DNA of 64,000 nucleotides from a virus. Below are positions 30,105 to 39,922 of the stretch, piece after piece. Where the stretch lies: IMG/VR virus record IMGVR_UViG_3300035034_002228, positions 17,796 through 81,795 of that record; one strand, written 5' to 3'. The translations under genes were made by a program, and so were the position numbers. Every line of letters begins with the position of its first letter. The stretch's first letter is position 1. The notes beneath the pieces are model-generated. The model was not told the DNA's origin. It worked only from the letters and a program-made list of their open reading frames with translations, and ran no database searches.

Positions 30105-30644
30105 TTACGGTGTCGGTTCAGTCAAGACCAGGCCGTCGAGGAGTTTGTTCTCAACGGCGACGTCGATGTCAACGTCCAGCGGTCGTACAACGAAGCTCAC
30201 GTTACCCCGGTAAGCGTAGGACCACGCACTGGCTTCCATGGTGAATGACTCACCATCGGCCCAATTGGTGGGCAGTACGTACGAGTCGGCGATGTCTTCA
30301 ATGACTAGGGCTGATCCGAAGTAGGCGTTAAACCCGTCCAGAATGTCTTGCAGGGTCAGTGTGCCGGTGTCGGGGTCCACATCCACCTGCACCACAAACG
30401 GGTTGCGGGCGATGGCGACAAACTCAGACAGGTCGATCCGGTTGTAGTAGATCGACGCGCTGCCTTTGTACCCGAAATCGGGAATACCGGAAATCACCAG
30501 TTCGGTGTTCCGTTCGTAAGTAGGGTTGGTGTTAATCGCCGGAACGTCGAACTCAACCTGTTCCCACGTCAGCGACAACCCAGCGCTTTGGTTCAACAAC
30601 GCAAGGACTTGGTCCTTGGATGTCATGGAAATATCGTAAGCCAT
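30105..30644 (-). CDS. Short YxRxDL-family virion protein
   Basis: GGAG RBS before ATG 30644; RNT, YYNRIDL, SYAYRG; C-terminal LLDGL...P. Confidence 0.8.
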   Translation of the reverse strand: MAYDISMTSKDQVLALLNQSAGLSLTWEQVEFDVPAINTNPTYERNTELVISGIPDFGYKGSASIYYNRIDLSEFVAIARNPFVVQVDVDPDTGTLTLQDILDGFNAYFGSALVIEDIADSYVLPTNWADGESFTMEASAWSYAYRGNVSFVVRPLDVDIDVAVENKLLDGLVLTEPTP

Positions 30645-30732
30645 TTTGGTTACTCCAATTGTCTTTGGTAACGCACCTTTGGGGTTGTCCAATCCCGAAA
30701 GTACATAGAATTACGAGCCCGCCACCGATTAT

Positions 30733-30763
30733 CGACATAGACAGCGCCCCGTCAAGGGCGCCG
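30733..30763 (-). terminator. Terminator-like hairpin after the portal-macrodomain genes
   Basis: GGCGCCC-TTGACG-GGGCGCT followed by GTCTATGTCG. Confidence 0.55.
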
Positions 30764-31213
30764 TCAGTCCGGGACATAGAAATCCACGCGCAATGGGTGG
30801 TTATCGAAGGTGTGATGGATCAACTGGGCGACGGTGGGGCAGTCCAATCCACCCAAACCGGCACCGACGGGTGGGATGGCCAAGCTGGTGATCTCCAACA
30901 TTCGCCACACGTCCCCCGCCAACGCGGTCAGGTTGTCTTGTACCCACGTCAGTTGACTGGGGTCACGCCAATGGTCCTTGGTCGGGAAGAACAACACCTG
31001 CCGACCACTGCCTTCCCCTAACGGGGCCGTGAGCAATCGATCAACTGCTAACCAGTCACTGTTGTAGAACTGGCGGTACGCACGGTACGTGTCTGGGTAA
31101 CGTCGTTTAAACGCCAGAGCCAGACCCGCCCCCATGGCACCGTGGCAATTCGTCGGACACACCAACGTCTGGCGATCACTGTCCAACAAATTGCCCCAGT
31201 ATTCCACTATCAC
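30764..31213 (-). CDS. Macrodomain protein (Poa1p/DarG-like ADP-ribose hydrolase)
   Basis: GNLL, PTNC.GAMGAGLA.AFK.RYP, FPTK.HWR.PS, SLAIP.VGAGLGGL. Confidence 0.88.
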   Translation of the reverse strand: MIVEYWGNLLDSDRQTLVCPTNCHGAMGAGLALAFKRRYPDTYRAYRQFYNSDWLAVDRLLTAPLGEGSGRQVLFFPTKDHWRDPSQLTWVQDNLTALAGDVWRMLEITSLAIPPVGAGLGGLDCPTVAQLIHHTFDNHPLRVDFYVPD

Positions 31214-31225
31214 CGCATCACCCGA

Positions 31226-33979
31226 TCATTTCTTATCCTTGTCTTCATCCTCTTCGGGCTCCTCTTCCTCCTCGGGGTCGGTCTCTTCTTCGGCTTCGGG
31301 ATCTTCCTCTTCGTCAAGAGTCTCCTCTTCCGTGTCCTCCTCGGTGGTTTCAGACTCCTCTTCTGAGTCGGTGGTGTCTTCCTCTGTCCCCTCTTCGGTT
31401 TCAGTGGATTCTTCCTCTTCGTCTAACGCGAAGTCGTCTTCACCGCCGAACTCGTCCTCATCGCCGGAGGCTTCACCGGATTCATCGTCGGTGGTTTCTT
31501 CACCCTCGCCATCACCGGTTTCCTCACCGGACTCTTCTTCCTCTTCCGGTTGGTTCTTCTCTTCCCACACCTTGCGTTTCTCTTCGATGCCGTCCAAGTA
31601 TTTCTGAATGGCCTCACCCAAGCTGCTGAACTGACCTTCCTGAATGTCCAGCAAACTGAACACGGGGTTCTTGCCGTCCATCTCAGTGAGCTTGTCCAAT
31701 TCCGGCATGATGTTGTTCCGGTCCAGCCATGTGCGTTGGTAGTACGCCTTGATCACCGCAATGACGTGATCCACGGTGTTGGGCTCACGTGCCAATACTT
31801 CGGCCGGGAACAAGTCCGGGGTGATGTACGCCTCTAGCGCCCGTTCCAGCAGTGTGGTGTACTGCTCAAACATTTGCTGTTGTAGATCCACGCGGGTGGT
31901 GTCCGGCATGGGCAGATCGGTCTGGATCGAGTCGATGAACAGGTCGATCAACTCCTCGGTTTCCATCTTCTTCTGTTCTTTGGTGAGTTTGGTTTTCTGT
32001 TCGGTCAGGACCTCTTCCAACTTCGCCTTCAGTCGAGCGGAATGACGGGTAACCAACTGTGAGTGCTTAGTCAAGTACCGCGTGAGTTTCTTCTGGTGGC
32101 GAATCACTCGGCGGGTCATCAACAGGTTGTTGTTCACCACACTGGTAGCAAAGTCCGGGCTGGAGGTGGGGTCCACCAGTTCCGGGTTGATACCAAAGCC
32201 TGAGATGTGCATCCGACGCAGTCGATCCTGCAGTTCCGGATTCCCGCCCTGAATGTTGGTGTTGTAATCGTCAAACTCCACCTTGGTGGTGGGGTAGTTG
32301 TCCGACTCCACGTTGATCGAGAAATCAAACCCAGCGCGGTTGAGGTAATCCAGGGTTTGGCCCGGATCGGGAGACGCCAACGGGAACCCCCGATGGGAGC
32401 TTTCCAGTACTGCCGCCTGCACATCCGAAATGGTTTTCTCCGGATCAGGGTCTTCGGCGTCCACACTGATGCTGGCCCGCTTGCGACCCACGGCGTTACG
32501 AACACCGGCCATGGTTTCAGCAAACAGCAACACACTCCGCATCGAGGACAAGATCTTCGACTGTGTCAACAACGTTTGTCCAATGCCGTGTTTGTTGTAC
32601 GCGAAGGCCATGTAAGTGACCAGTTCGGCGGGGATGTACAGTAACTGGGTGTTCTGGTTCTTGAGGGACCGGTACAGCATGATCCGGTAGATGTCCTCTT
32701 CAGTGCCCAGCTCAAAGTCTTCCCCATACAGACCGTTACGCAAACGGTTGATCAGATCGTTCTCGATGATGCCCGCGTACGCCTGCTGGATCTGATCGAA
32801 CTCAGCGGACGAATCGGTATTGGTAGCGCCCATGGCTTCCTTGGTACGCTTGACCAACTCGGACGTGTTGTCTTTGGAGTTCGCACTGAAATTGCTGCGC
32901 AGTTCCCCGTAATAGTCCTTCCCTTCTTCGCGCACCACCGGGCGACCGTTCTGGTCGATCATCACAAAGTACCCCACGTGTTCTTCGGGGGAACCGGGTA
33001 CGTACACGGGAATCACACTTTCAATCGGCAGTTTCATCACCAGCGGGTGACCGGCCGACGGTTTGTTGATGTATTCCTGTGTGGGCAATACTTGGGTGTG
33101 AACCGCCGGTTGCTGACCGCGTTGGGTGTATAGCTTGTCAATGTCTTCAGGACTCAGGCCTTTGCTGGCGGATTCCATGGACACTTGGTGACGGTTCAAC
33201 AAGGAATTGATCTTCAGTTGTCGTCCTTTATTACGGATCGCTGTGTTCTTCAGCACATCGAAGTTATCGGTTACTTGCACGCCTGGAATGCTGACGTGAT
33301 TCCGATCGGTGCGTGCACCACCAACATTAAGCTGACCGGAGATCCCACTGGCGGCTTCCTGACCGCCCCGGAACGTTTCCATGGAGACACGCGGTTCACG
33401 CGGATGACCCAAGAACCCCATGGGGAGTCCTTTGTTGATCCGACTCACTACTTTGTTGTAACTTTCCATGGACAGCTGCTGAGACCCGTTGATAATCACG
33501 TCCAGGTTGTTCTCAGGCAGCACCGCCAGGATGTGCGCGCCCTTGGTAAACAGGATCTCTTCGAGGATACCGTCCAGCCGGTCATCAATTTTATAGTCGT
33601 TTTTGAAGTATTCCTGCACCACGGACAGGAGCGGGCGAGCCACTTCACTGTCGAATACCCGTTCATCCGCCGTAAAATTCAAGTCCACTGAGGACATGTC
33701 CTTCGGAGACAGAATCGACCCGATGAGGATCTGTTCGGTCAGTTCGACGTCCGGCAGCAGTTGGAATACCGAATCCGCATCAATGGCGTCCTGACCCGTG
33801 GCCTGGGAAATCTGTTCAAACAGATCACGTGAGACCGTGATGTTACGTGGATCACTGGGTCGGTCACTGGTTTGGGTTTGGTCTCGAACCAGTTTTGTCA
33901 ACAACGCGTCCACGTTGTCTTTTGCGTTGCGGGTGTACGCCAACTTGGGGTACTTTCGACTCCCATCTTGAACAGCCAT
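31226..33979 (-). CDS. Portal protein (phiKZ gp129-like) with acidic C-terminal tail
   Basis: 917 aa; ILSPKDM, GHPLVMKLPIESVIPVYVPG.PEEHVGYFV; several SME protease sites; divergent from the gp128-like gene, as in phiKZ. Confidence 0.8.
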   Translation of the reverse strand: MAVQDGSRKYPKLAYTRNAKDNVDALLTKLVRDQTQTSDRPSDPRNITVSRDLFEQISQATGQDAIDADSVFQLLPDVELTEQILIGSILSPKDMSSVDLNFTADERVFDSEVARPLLSVVQEYFKNDYKIDDRLDGILEEILFTKGAHILAVLPENNLDVIINGSQQLSMESYNKVVSRINKGLPMGFLGHPREPRVSMETFRGGQEAASGISGQLNVGGARTDRNHVSIPGVQVTDNFDVLKNTAIRNKGRQLKINSLLNRHQVSMESASKGLSPEDIDKLYTQRGQQPAVHTQVLPTQEYINKPSAGHPLVMKLPIESVIPVYVPGSPEEHVGYFVMIDQNGRPVVREEGKDYYGELRSNFSANSKDNTSELVKRTKEAMGATNTDSSAEFDQIQQAYAGIIENDLINRLRNGLYGEDFELGTEEDIYRIMLYRSLKNQNTQLLYIPAELVTYMAFAYNKHGIGQTLLTQSKILSSMRSVLLFAETMAGVRNAVGRKRASISVDAEDPDPEKTISDVQAAVLESSHRGFPLASPDPGQTLDYLNRAGFDFSINVESDNYPTTKVEFDDYNTNIQGGNPELQDRLRRMHISGFGINPELVDPTSSPDFATSVVNNNLLMTRRVIRHQKKLTRYLTKHSQLVTRHSARLKAKLEEVLTEQKTKLTKEQKKMETEELIDLFIDSIQTDLPMPDTTRVDLQQQMFEQYTTLLERALEAYITPDLFPAEVLAREPNTVDHVIAVIKAYYQRTWLDRNNIMPELDKLTEMDGKNPVFSLLDIQEGQFSSLGEAIQKYLDGIEEKRKVWEEKNQPEEEEESGEETGDGEGEETTDDESGEASGDEDEFGGEDDFALDEEEESTETEEGTEEDTTDSEEESETTEEDTEEETLDEEEDPEAEEETDPEEEEEPEEDEDKDKK

Positions 33980-34034
33980 GGGCCGCCCTCCTTATTTTGG
34001 GTGTGTTACAAACTAAACAATAGAAGGTCAAACA

Positions 34035-36158
34035 ATGAGTAACGTCTATTACAAGCTATATCGTGACAGCGTTTTGGCGTTTGCAAAAACACTGGTTATC
34101 AAATGCTCAGGCGTTGCTGAGACCATCAACAACGAATTGGAGCTGATGGGTCACCCCGTAGAACGGGACCGACCCACCACGTGGAAATACTATTTGAACC
34201 TAGCCGGTCACTACCATCCGTCCGACACGATGATGCGGGTGCGGTCGTTGGACACGTTGGAAGACATTGATTTCACCAAAGAAAACCTTCGTATCCATCG
34301 AGCCACGGCGCGGGAGTACAAGCCCGGAGGTGTTTTCCACAACGCGCTTTTGAACTCCTACCCCAACCAAACGGCGTTGATTCGCGGGATACTGTTTCCC
34401 GTGGACCTACACACCGCGATCGACGCCGAAGACGGTACCCTGTTGTATCACGACCAAGAACACATTGAGAGCAATGAGTTGTCACTGGTCACAGATCTAC
34501 AACATTGGTTAAGCGCGTTTTTTGCCCGGTGGCACAACAAACAGTACATGCTCACCGACGACCTTTACCTGCCAAGCTTTTTGGGCACACTGTATATGCA
34601 GTTGCCGTTGGTCATTCAGAACCTACGCTTGCGCCGTGCGAAAACCCCCGAAGCGCACAGTTTTCACGTGCGGGAATATCTGGCCTCAAACGGGGAGTTG
34701 GACACGTACCTGCCGTATCTGACGAAAGAACAGCAGTTGTTCTTGTATCGTAACCTGAGGTACCTGAAACGCAATCTGGGTAAACAAGCGGTCTTCGACA
34801 CCCTGGTAGACCAAATGTTGACTCCCCGTGGTATTCCTTTGAACTGGTACAAACTTGAACACAATACCAGTAAACTGCCCGACAACATGTACCCCGAAGT
34901 CGATGCGGTGGAATACCCGATCAACCAGCCGCTGGCCCAGACTGGTCGGAAACACAGCGATGTTCATACAATACTTCGTAAAGAGCGCTCCATCGCTCGG
35001 GACAATGTTAATGTGGAAGGGGAAGCGGCTACGGCAATTGTTGATAATGTGCGCAGTGGTCAATTTAATCAACTGCCCACCAAGGTACTGGAATCCACCG
35101 TGGTAGATCGAAGCAATTCTTCGGTCCGGTCATTAATGAGTGTGTTGTTAAACCAATGGGTGTACATGGCAGCCAACGGTCGATACCGATCGTACATCAC
35201 CATCACACACCCGGTAACCGACGAACTCATCAGCCTTTCTGTGAAGGACGCGTTCATTCTGGCGTATTACACCTTCCACAAAGCGAGGGGTATCGAGGTT
35301 GAAAACATACCGAGGGTTTTGGCCTACTCGGTCTTGCGGGACCGTTTACCCGACTTCGCCGAACTGAATTCCATCGTGGACCAGTGCTATGTACCGGAGC
35401 GGTTGATCACAGCGGTCATGGACCGAATCTCCCCGCTGGGTGAATACATCACGGTGGGGCGGTTCAATGAAGGCTGCAGTCGTCTGCACCGGGAGTACCT
35501 AAAACTCTGGGAGCTGTATTCGTTCCAAGAAAACTACATGACGCGCGGCTTGACGCAGCAGGTGGTTGACCGACACTTCCAACACGCGTGGTGTGAATTG
35601 AGTGACGGACCTACGCGTTACGAGGACTGGTTAACCGAAAGCGGTCTGGATCTCAGTAACTTCTCGACCGTGGATCTGGAACAGGTCATGTTGGAGTGTG
35701 TAAACTCGGCCACGGGAACAAACCTTACCAATCAGGTGTCGTTCTCAGAAATCCAAAAGGCCATGCTCCAACTGATGCAGCAAATGAGCTCGTACAGTGT
35801 TCAGTACCTCCGAAGCATTAACAATTCGGACTTCGTGTATGTTGGGATACCAACGATTCGGGTGGGTGATGTTGGCGCCAACATTCAGAGTGGGAACAGC
35901 ATCAACCAAGGTCGAATCACGGTTCTGCACAAACACGGAAAGCATCGGACCGAGTACGACATACGTCGAACCCATCTCAACCCCCCGATCACATCCGAGG
36001 CAAAAGAAAAGGTCCGGTTACACATACCGGTCGGCGTCTCCATGCGAATGAGACTCCAAACGATTGCCTACGTCCCGATTGATGTTTCCAACGTTAACGT
36101 CCGGCGGCTTGAGATGACGGTTGCCAACGACGCACCGGATAACGGTGAGATAACTTAA
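34035..36158 (+). CDS. Virion structural protein (phiKZ gp128-like, probably baseplate)
   Basis: WKYYLNLAG.YH.SD, SLDT.E.I.FT, HSFHVREYLAS, LPTKVLES; synteny with the portal. Confidence 0.75.
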   Translation: MSNVYYKLYRDSVLAFAKTLVIKCSGVAETINNELELMGHPVERDRPTTWKYYLNLAGHYHPSDTMMRVRSLDTLEDIDFTKENLRIHRATAREYKPGGVFHNALLNSYPNQTALIRGILFPVDLHTAIDAEDGTLLYHDQEHIESNELSLVTDLQHWLSAFFARWHNKQYMLTDDLYLPSFLGTLYMQLPLVIQNLRLRRAKTPEAHSFHVREYLASNGELDTYLPYLTKEQQLFLYRNLRYLKRNLGKQAVFDTLVDQMLTPRGIPLNWYKLEHNTSKLPDNMYPEVDAVEYPINQPLAQTGRKHSDVHTILRKERSIARDNVNVEGEAATAIVDNVRSGQFNQLPTKVLESTVVDRSNSSVRSLMSVLLNQWVYMAANGRYRSYITITHPVTDELISLSVKDAFILAYYTFHKARGIEVENIPRVLAYSVLRDRLPDFAELNSIVDQCYVPERLITAVMDRISPLGEYITVGRFNEGCSRLHREYLKLWELYSFQENYMTRGLTQQVVDRHFQHAWCELSDGPTRYEDWLTESGLDLSNFSTVDLEQVMLECVNSATGTNLTNQVSFSEIQKAMLQLMQQMSSYSVQYLRSINNSDFVYVGIPTIRVGDVGANIQSGNSINQGRITVLHKHGKHRTEYDIRRTHLNPPITSEAKEKVRLHIPVGVSMRMRLQTIAYVPIDVSNVNVRRLEMTVANDAPDNGEIT

Positions 36159-36167
36159 GGACACCTT

Positions 36168-37055
36168 ATGAAACTGGAAGACTACCTCCATCTCCCTCCT
36201 TTTGAGGGGCTGGTGGGGGCCATCAATACCCAATACGTGTTCAATCTAAACGCTAATTGGACCACCATTACTCGATTGGTTCCAGACATCGACGACCCAC
36301 ACCGACTGTTTGTTACGTTACAGGTACACCGTAGCAGTAGCGAATCGAATCAGGACCCGGTACCACCCCCATTGGATTTCCATTACACGCGGTTTGATTT
36401 AGCCACTTACGTGACCCCAACTCAGCCGTTTGTGGTCAGAGACCGCACGCTTCCATTGTCTACGGCCGATCTGGTTGAGTTACTGTCCGAAGAGACGGGG
36501 TATCGGTTTACGTACGACGATTTCCTTCCGATGCAGTGGGACACGCCTACAGCGGACGGCGTGTATACGGTGAAGGCACACCCACTGTCGTTACGGTGGG
36601 TTGGGGAGTTCCAATTCGTTCTGGATGACGTGAAAGCGTCTGTTTCAAGTAAGGTACAAAAAACCAAGCTGGCCAACGCCATGCAGTGGGCCCAAGACCG
36701 TCGAAGCCCTGGACCGTATCAGGTTATGGACATCGACTTCACAAACGACCGAGACGAGTTAATTTGGCTCACCCGTGGGGATCAACGGCTCCCCACTGAC
36801 AAACTGATAGAAATACTTCGTCGCAATAGTCGACAGTCCTGGCAGATGTCCCTCGCACCGTCGGTTTTTAATCTGACGTGGGATGTGGTAACGGGCGACA
36901 CCGGCGTTGCTTATCCAGTCTACAACGTCCTTTACAACGGACCAGTCCGAAGCCAATGGACCCCCGTTACCGATAAACGGTACGTTTTGGTTCTTGGGTT
37001 GTCGCAAGAACTGTGTCTCAATCTAACCGGAATGGTTCTTTTACACTACGATTAA
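36168..37055 (+). CDS. YxRxDL-family virion protein
   Basis: YTRFDL, SLRWVG, DFT, VLYNG, VLLHYD. Confidence 0.78.
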   Translation: MKLEDYLHLPPFEGLVGAINTQYVFNLNANWTTITRLVPDIDDPHRLFVTLQVHRSSSESNQDPVPPPLDFHYTRFDLATYVTPTQPFVVRDRTLPLSTADLVELLSEETGYRFTYDDFLPMQWDTPTADGVYTVKAHPLSLRWVGEFQFVLDDVKASVSSKVQKTKLANAMQWAQDRRSPGPYQVMDIDFTNDRDELIWLTRGDQRLPTDKLIEILRRNSRQSWQMSLAPSVFNLTWDVVTGDTGVAYPVYNVLYNGPVRSQWTPVTDKRYVLVLGLSQELCLNLTGMVLLHYD

Positions 37056-37068
37056 ATGGAGTTGCCAC

Positions 37069-37503
37069 ATGTATTACGAACCACCGAAACTGCAAATCGT
37101 CCGTGCGCTCAACTCGGCAAATCCCGAGCTATCACCACCGTTGAGTCCGGAGTCGGTTACACTCGGTACACCCCGTGTCAATGTCGGGGATTACGAACAT
37201 AACACACGGGTTACCCTTACCGTGGCTGACGACCATTCTTATTTCTCGGGATCGATCGACCTTGATTATAACCGGTGGGATCTGGACGACCTGTTGGGTG
37301 GGTTGAGCGTACCCGGTGTCATTGGTCAGTACGGATCGAGCCATGAAACATTGGCGGCGTTGCTGGAACAGTACCAGTTGCCGTTAACACCAGCGGACAT
37401 TGTCAACCAACCGATTCCCGTTGACAGTAACCAATTGGTGTTTGAGGCCACCGGCCAATCCCTGGCAGTCATTGGGTCGATAACCCTTCGGTACCGAGGA
37501 TAA
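37069..37503 (+). CDS. Short YxRxDL-family virion protein
   Basis: GGAG RBS; LNSANP, HNT, YNRWDL, SLAVIG. Confidence 0.78.
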   Translation: MYYEPPKLQIVRALNSANPELSPPLSPESVTLGTPRVNVGDYEHNTRVTLTVADDHSYFSGSIDLDYNRWDLDDLLGGLSVPGVIGQYGSSHETLAALLEQYQLPLTPADIVNQPIPVDSNQLVFEATGQSLAVIGSITLRYRG

Positions 37504-37518
37504 AAAAAAAAGAAAGAA

Positions 37519-37557
37519 CGACATAAGACCCTCCCTGAATGGGAGGGCTTTATGTCG
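37519..37557. terminator. Bidirectional terminator at a convergent junction
   Basis: CCCTCCC-TGAAT-GGGAGGG with TATGTCG trailers on both strands. Confidence 0.85.
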
Positions 37558-37559
37558 AT

Positions 37560-37725
37560 TAATGCGTTGTTGCGGTCAGTCATGACCGTCTCCCGATGTT
37601 TGTTGGAATGTGAAAAGCACCCCCAGACAACGTGCCTAGGGGTGTGCCGCAAGGTCTATGGGCGTGTGGAACTCCCACAGGTTTCGGCCAGCATGGGGCA
37701 GTCCCAGGCCAGTCCTACCCCATGG
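37560..37725 (-). ncRNA. Candidate structured RNA / 3' trailer
   Basis: Four consecutive hairpins on the - strand with G-U pairs, in an interval lacking a credible ORF. Confidence 0.3.
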
Positions 37726-37731
37726 GTGTTT

Positions 37732-39885
37732 TTATCCCAGATCCTTAAGCAGGATCGAGCCTTCGACCAACCAGCCCCGGATCACTTCGTAGTAGTGACC
37801 GTCCACACTGATGATGCGCAGACGCGTGCCGGGCAGGTTACCGTTGTCCAGGTGACGTTCCACCATGGTCTTCAGTACCTGATACAGTTTGGCGTGGGCG
37901 GATTGACTGATGAGCACCGGCTCTTTCGGGGTGAGATTCAGTGACGAGATCTCTTCGGTGGTCCAGCGGGTTTGCAGGTTCACCACTTCCTCGAACAGGT
38001 TCAGCTGCCCTTGGGCTTCGTCCCCTTCGGTCTGCTCATAGGCCAGATTGAACCAACGCTTCATGACCGCCGAGGTCTGACTGTCGAGCACCTTAACGTA
38101 CGCCGGGTCGTACTTGGTGCCGTGCTGCAGCACGTCGTACAACTCATCCACATCGTCCACAAAGCTGTCCACGTTCAGGTTGGGCAGGGCCAGATTGTCC
38201 GCCAGTACGCTGTTCAACCCTTTGGTCAGACGCTCGTTGAAGAACCGGTAGTACCGGATCGGCAATCCACCATCGACCATCAACTTGTGCAGACGCCGTG
38301 CCACACTCACCAGCCCCCTGGATTCGGTTGCGGAGAACAGTTTGTCCTCAACGTCCTTATCCAGTTCGATCGGGTACAGGCAGCCACTGATGTACTCGTA
38401 CGCCGGCAGTGTCTTGGTGTCTTTAGGCAGGCCCAAGTCCTCGATCAACTGGACACGCGCCATCAACTCGTTTTCCAGGTCGCTGGAGGCACTGAACAGC
38501 GTGGTGACTGCCACCGGGTTCAGTTCCGCTGCCACATCCAACGGACCACTGACCTTGGCCTCCAGATCTTCGGCGGGGATGTCCAGCTCGTCGTAGTCGG
38601 TGATCTTGTGCTGACTGGCGATGACCTTACCTTCCGGCTTGATCTTCATACCACGCAGTTTGTCGTTGATCTCATGTTTGAGATAATCCATGTCTGAGCT
38701 CCATTTAACAACTTTCTCATGAACCACCCCATCCGGCCAGTGCACGTGGAACAGCACGAACTGTTGTGGGTCGTGTCCGATTGGGTACGGGGTTTCCGAC
38801 CCTTTGGTCCGCGTCCACTTTGACAAGTGGGCGGGGGCAATTTCCACACCACCGGGGTTGTAGAAGTGATCGTACGGGCGATCGTGGTCGATGTCCTGAC
38901 CCCGAGGGATAAAGAAGAACGGGTCCATGACCACGTCTTCAATGGACTTCGGTGCATCGCCTTCATCAACCTGCTGAACCGGGGCTGGTTCGACCGGTGC
39001 GGCAGTTGGTTGTGCAGGCTGGCTCGGTTGAGTGAAGCCACCGTTGGACGACCAACCACTCGGGGTGGCAGGTTCCGGTTCGTCCATGTACCGACCGGCG
39101 GCCGGGGTGGCGCTGGTCGCCGTGGGGCTTGGTTGAGTACCGTGTTGAGTACCGTACCCTGGAGGCGCTGCTTGGGGCATTTGCTGTGGCCGTGGGGCCG
39201 CACCCACTGGGGGTAGTTGAGAGCCCTGTGAAGGACCGCCCATTGGCTGACCCCCATAACCCTGCGGGGCATTGTAACCACCGCCACCGTAGCCCTGAGG
39301 GGTCGCTGGTTGACCACCCATCGGTTGACCACCCATTGGTTGTCCGCCGTAACCACCTTGTTGGCTGTAGCCTTGGGGTTGGCGTCCGGCCATGTGGAAC
39401 GCCTTAATGTCGTTCATGATGTCTTCGAACTCTTTACCCGCACCCAGCAACTGGTTGTACGTTGCTTGATCCAGCATCTGACCAACTTGCGGGTACTCAC
39501 CCGCAGTCACCGCCAAAATACCGTAGTAGATCTTGGCAACGGCTTTGCTGATCGCAACGCCGGGGTTGTTGTACTGGGCGACGACCAGGAACTCCACAAA
39601 GTCCACGGTCCGTTGGCACCAGTTGGTAAACATCTGGTTATTGAAACGGTTCTGTGACAGGAGATTGTAAGCAAACGTGTGCAGTGGGGTGCGTCCCAGA
39701 CGGCTCTGCATCATGGCGCGAAGCTCACACACGATCTGACCGACGGCTTCACCGCCGACCGATTGGGGAATGTTCAGTTGCGGCCACACGTCATTACCTT
39801 GTGGCAGTGCATTGTTAACGGTTGATTGGTCCCAAGTGTCAAAGGGCACTGGGAGTTGTTGCTGGTTGGCCTGGGTTTGGTACAT
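37732..39885 (-). CDS. Conserved phiKZ-like hypothetical protein with a Q/G/P/Y low-complexity region
   Basis: 717 aa, GAGGA RBS; directly downstream of the nvRNAP subunit; GGQPM/QGYGG repeats. Confidence 0.8.
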   Translation of the reverse strand: MYQTQANQQQLPVPFDTWDQSTVNNALPQGNDVWPQLNIPQSVGGEAVGQIVCELRAMMQSRLGRTPLHTFAYNLLSQNRFNNQMFTNWCQRTVDFVEFLVVAQYNNPGVAISKAVAKIYYGILAVTAGEYPQVGQMLDQATYNQLLGAGKEFEDIMNDIKAFHMAGRQPQGYSQQGGYGGQPMGGQPMGGQPATPQGYGGGGYNAPQGYGGQPMGGPSQGSQLPPVGAAPRPQQMPQAAPPGYGTQHGTQPSPTATSATPAAGRYMDEPEPATPSGWSSNGGFTQPSQPAQPTAAPVEPAPVQQVDEGDAPKSIEDVVMDPFFFIPRGQDIDHDRPYDHFYNPGGVEIAPAHLSKWTRTKGSETPYPIGHDPQQFVLFHVHWPDGVVHEKVVKWSSDMDYLKHEINDKLRGMKIKPEGKVIASQHKITDYDELDIPAEDLEAKVSGPLDVAAELNPVAVTTLFSASSDLENELMARVQLIEDLGLPKDTKTLPAYEYISGCLYPIELDKDVEDKLFSATESRGLVSVARRLHKLMVDGGLPIRYYRFFNERLTKGLNSVLADNLALPNLNVDSFVDDVDELYDVLQHGTKYDPAYVKVLDSQTSAVMKRWFNLAYEQTEGDEAQGQLNLFEEVVNLQTRWTTEEISSLNLTPKEPVLISQSAHAKLYQVLKTMVERHLDNGNLPGTRLRIISVDGHYYEVIRGWLVEGSILLKDLG

Positions 39886-39922
39886 AACCTAAGTCCTCTT
39901 TTTCAGGTTCGAGTTTAACAGT

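Noticed and set aside
31134-31607. Ser-rich + strand ORF
   Set aside because: Antisense mirror of the Glu/Asp codons of the portal tail.
37660-37700. Hammerhead ribozyme or c-di-GMP riboswitch around CTGGCCGAAACC
   Set aside because: The CUGAnGA core and the GEMM P1/P2 elements are missing; kept only as an unclassified structured region.
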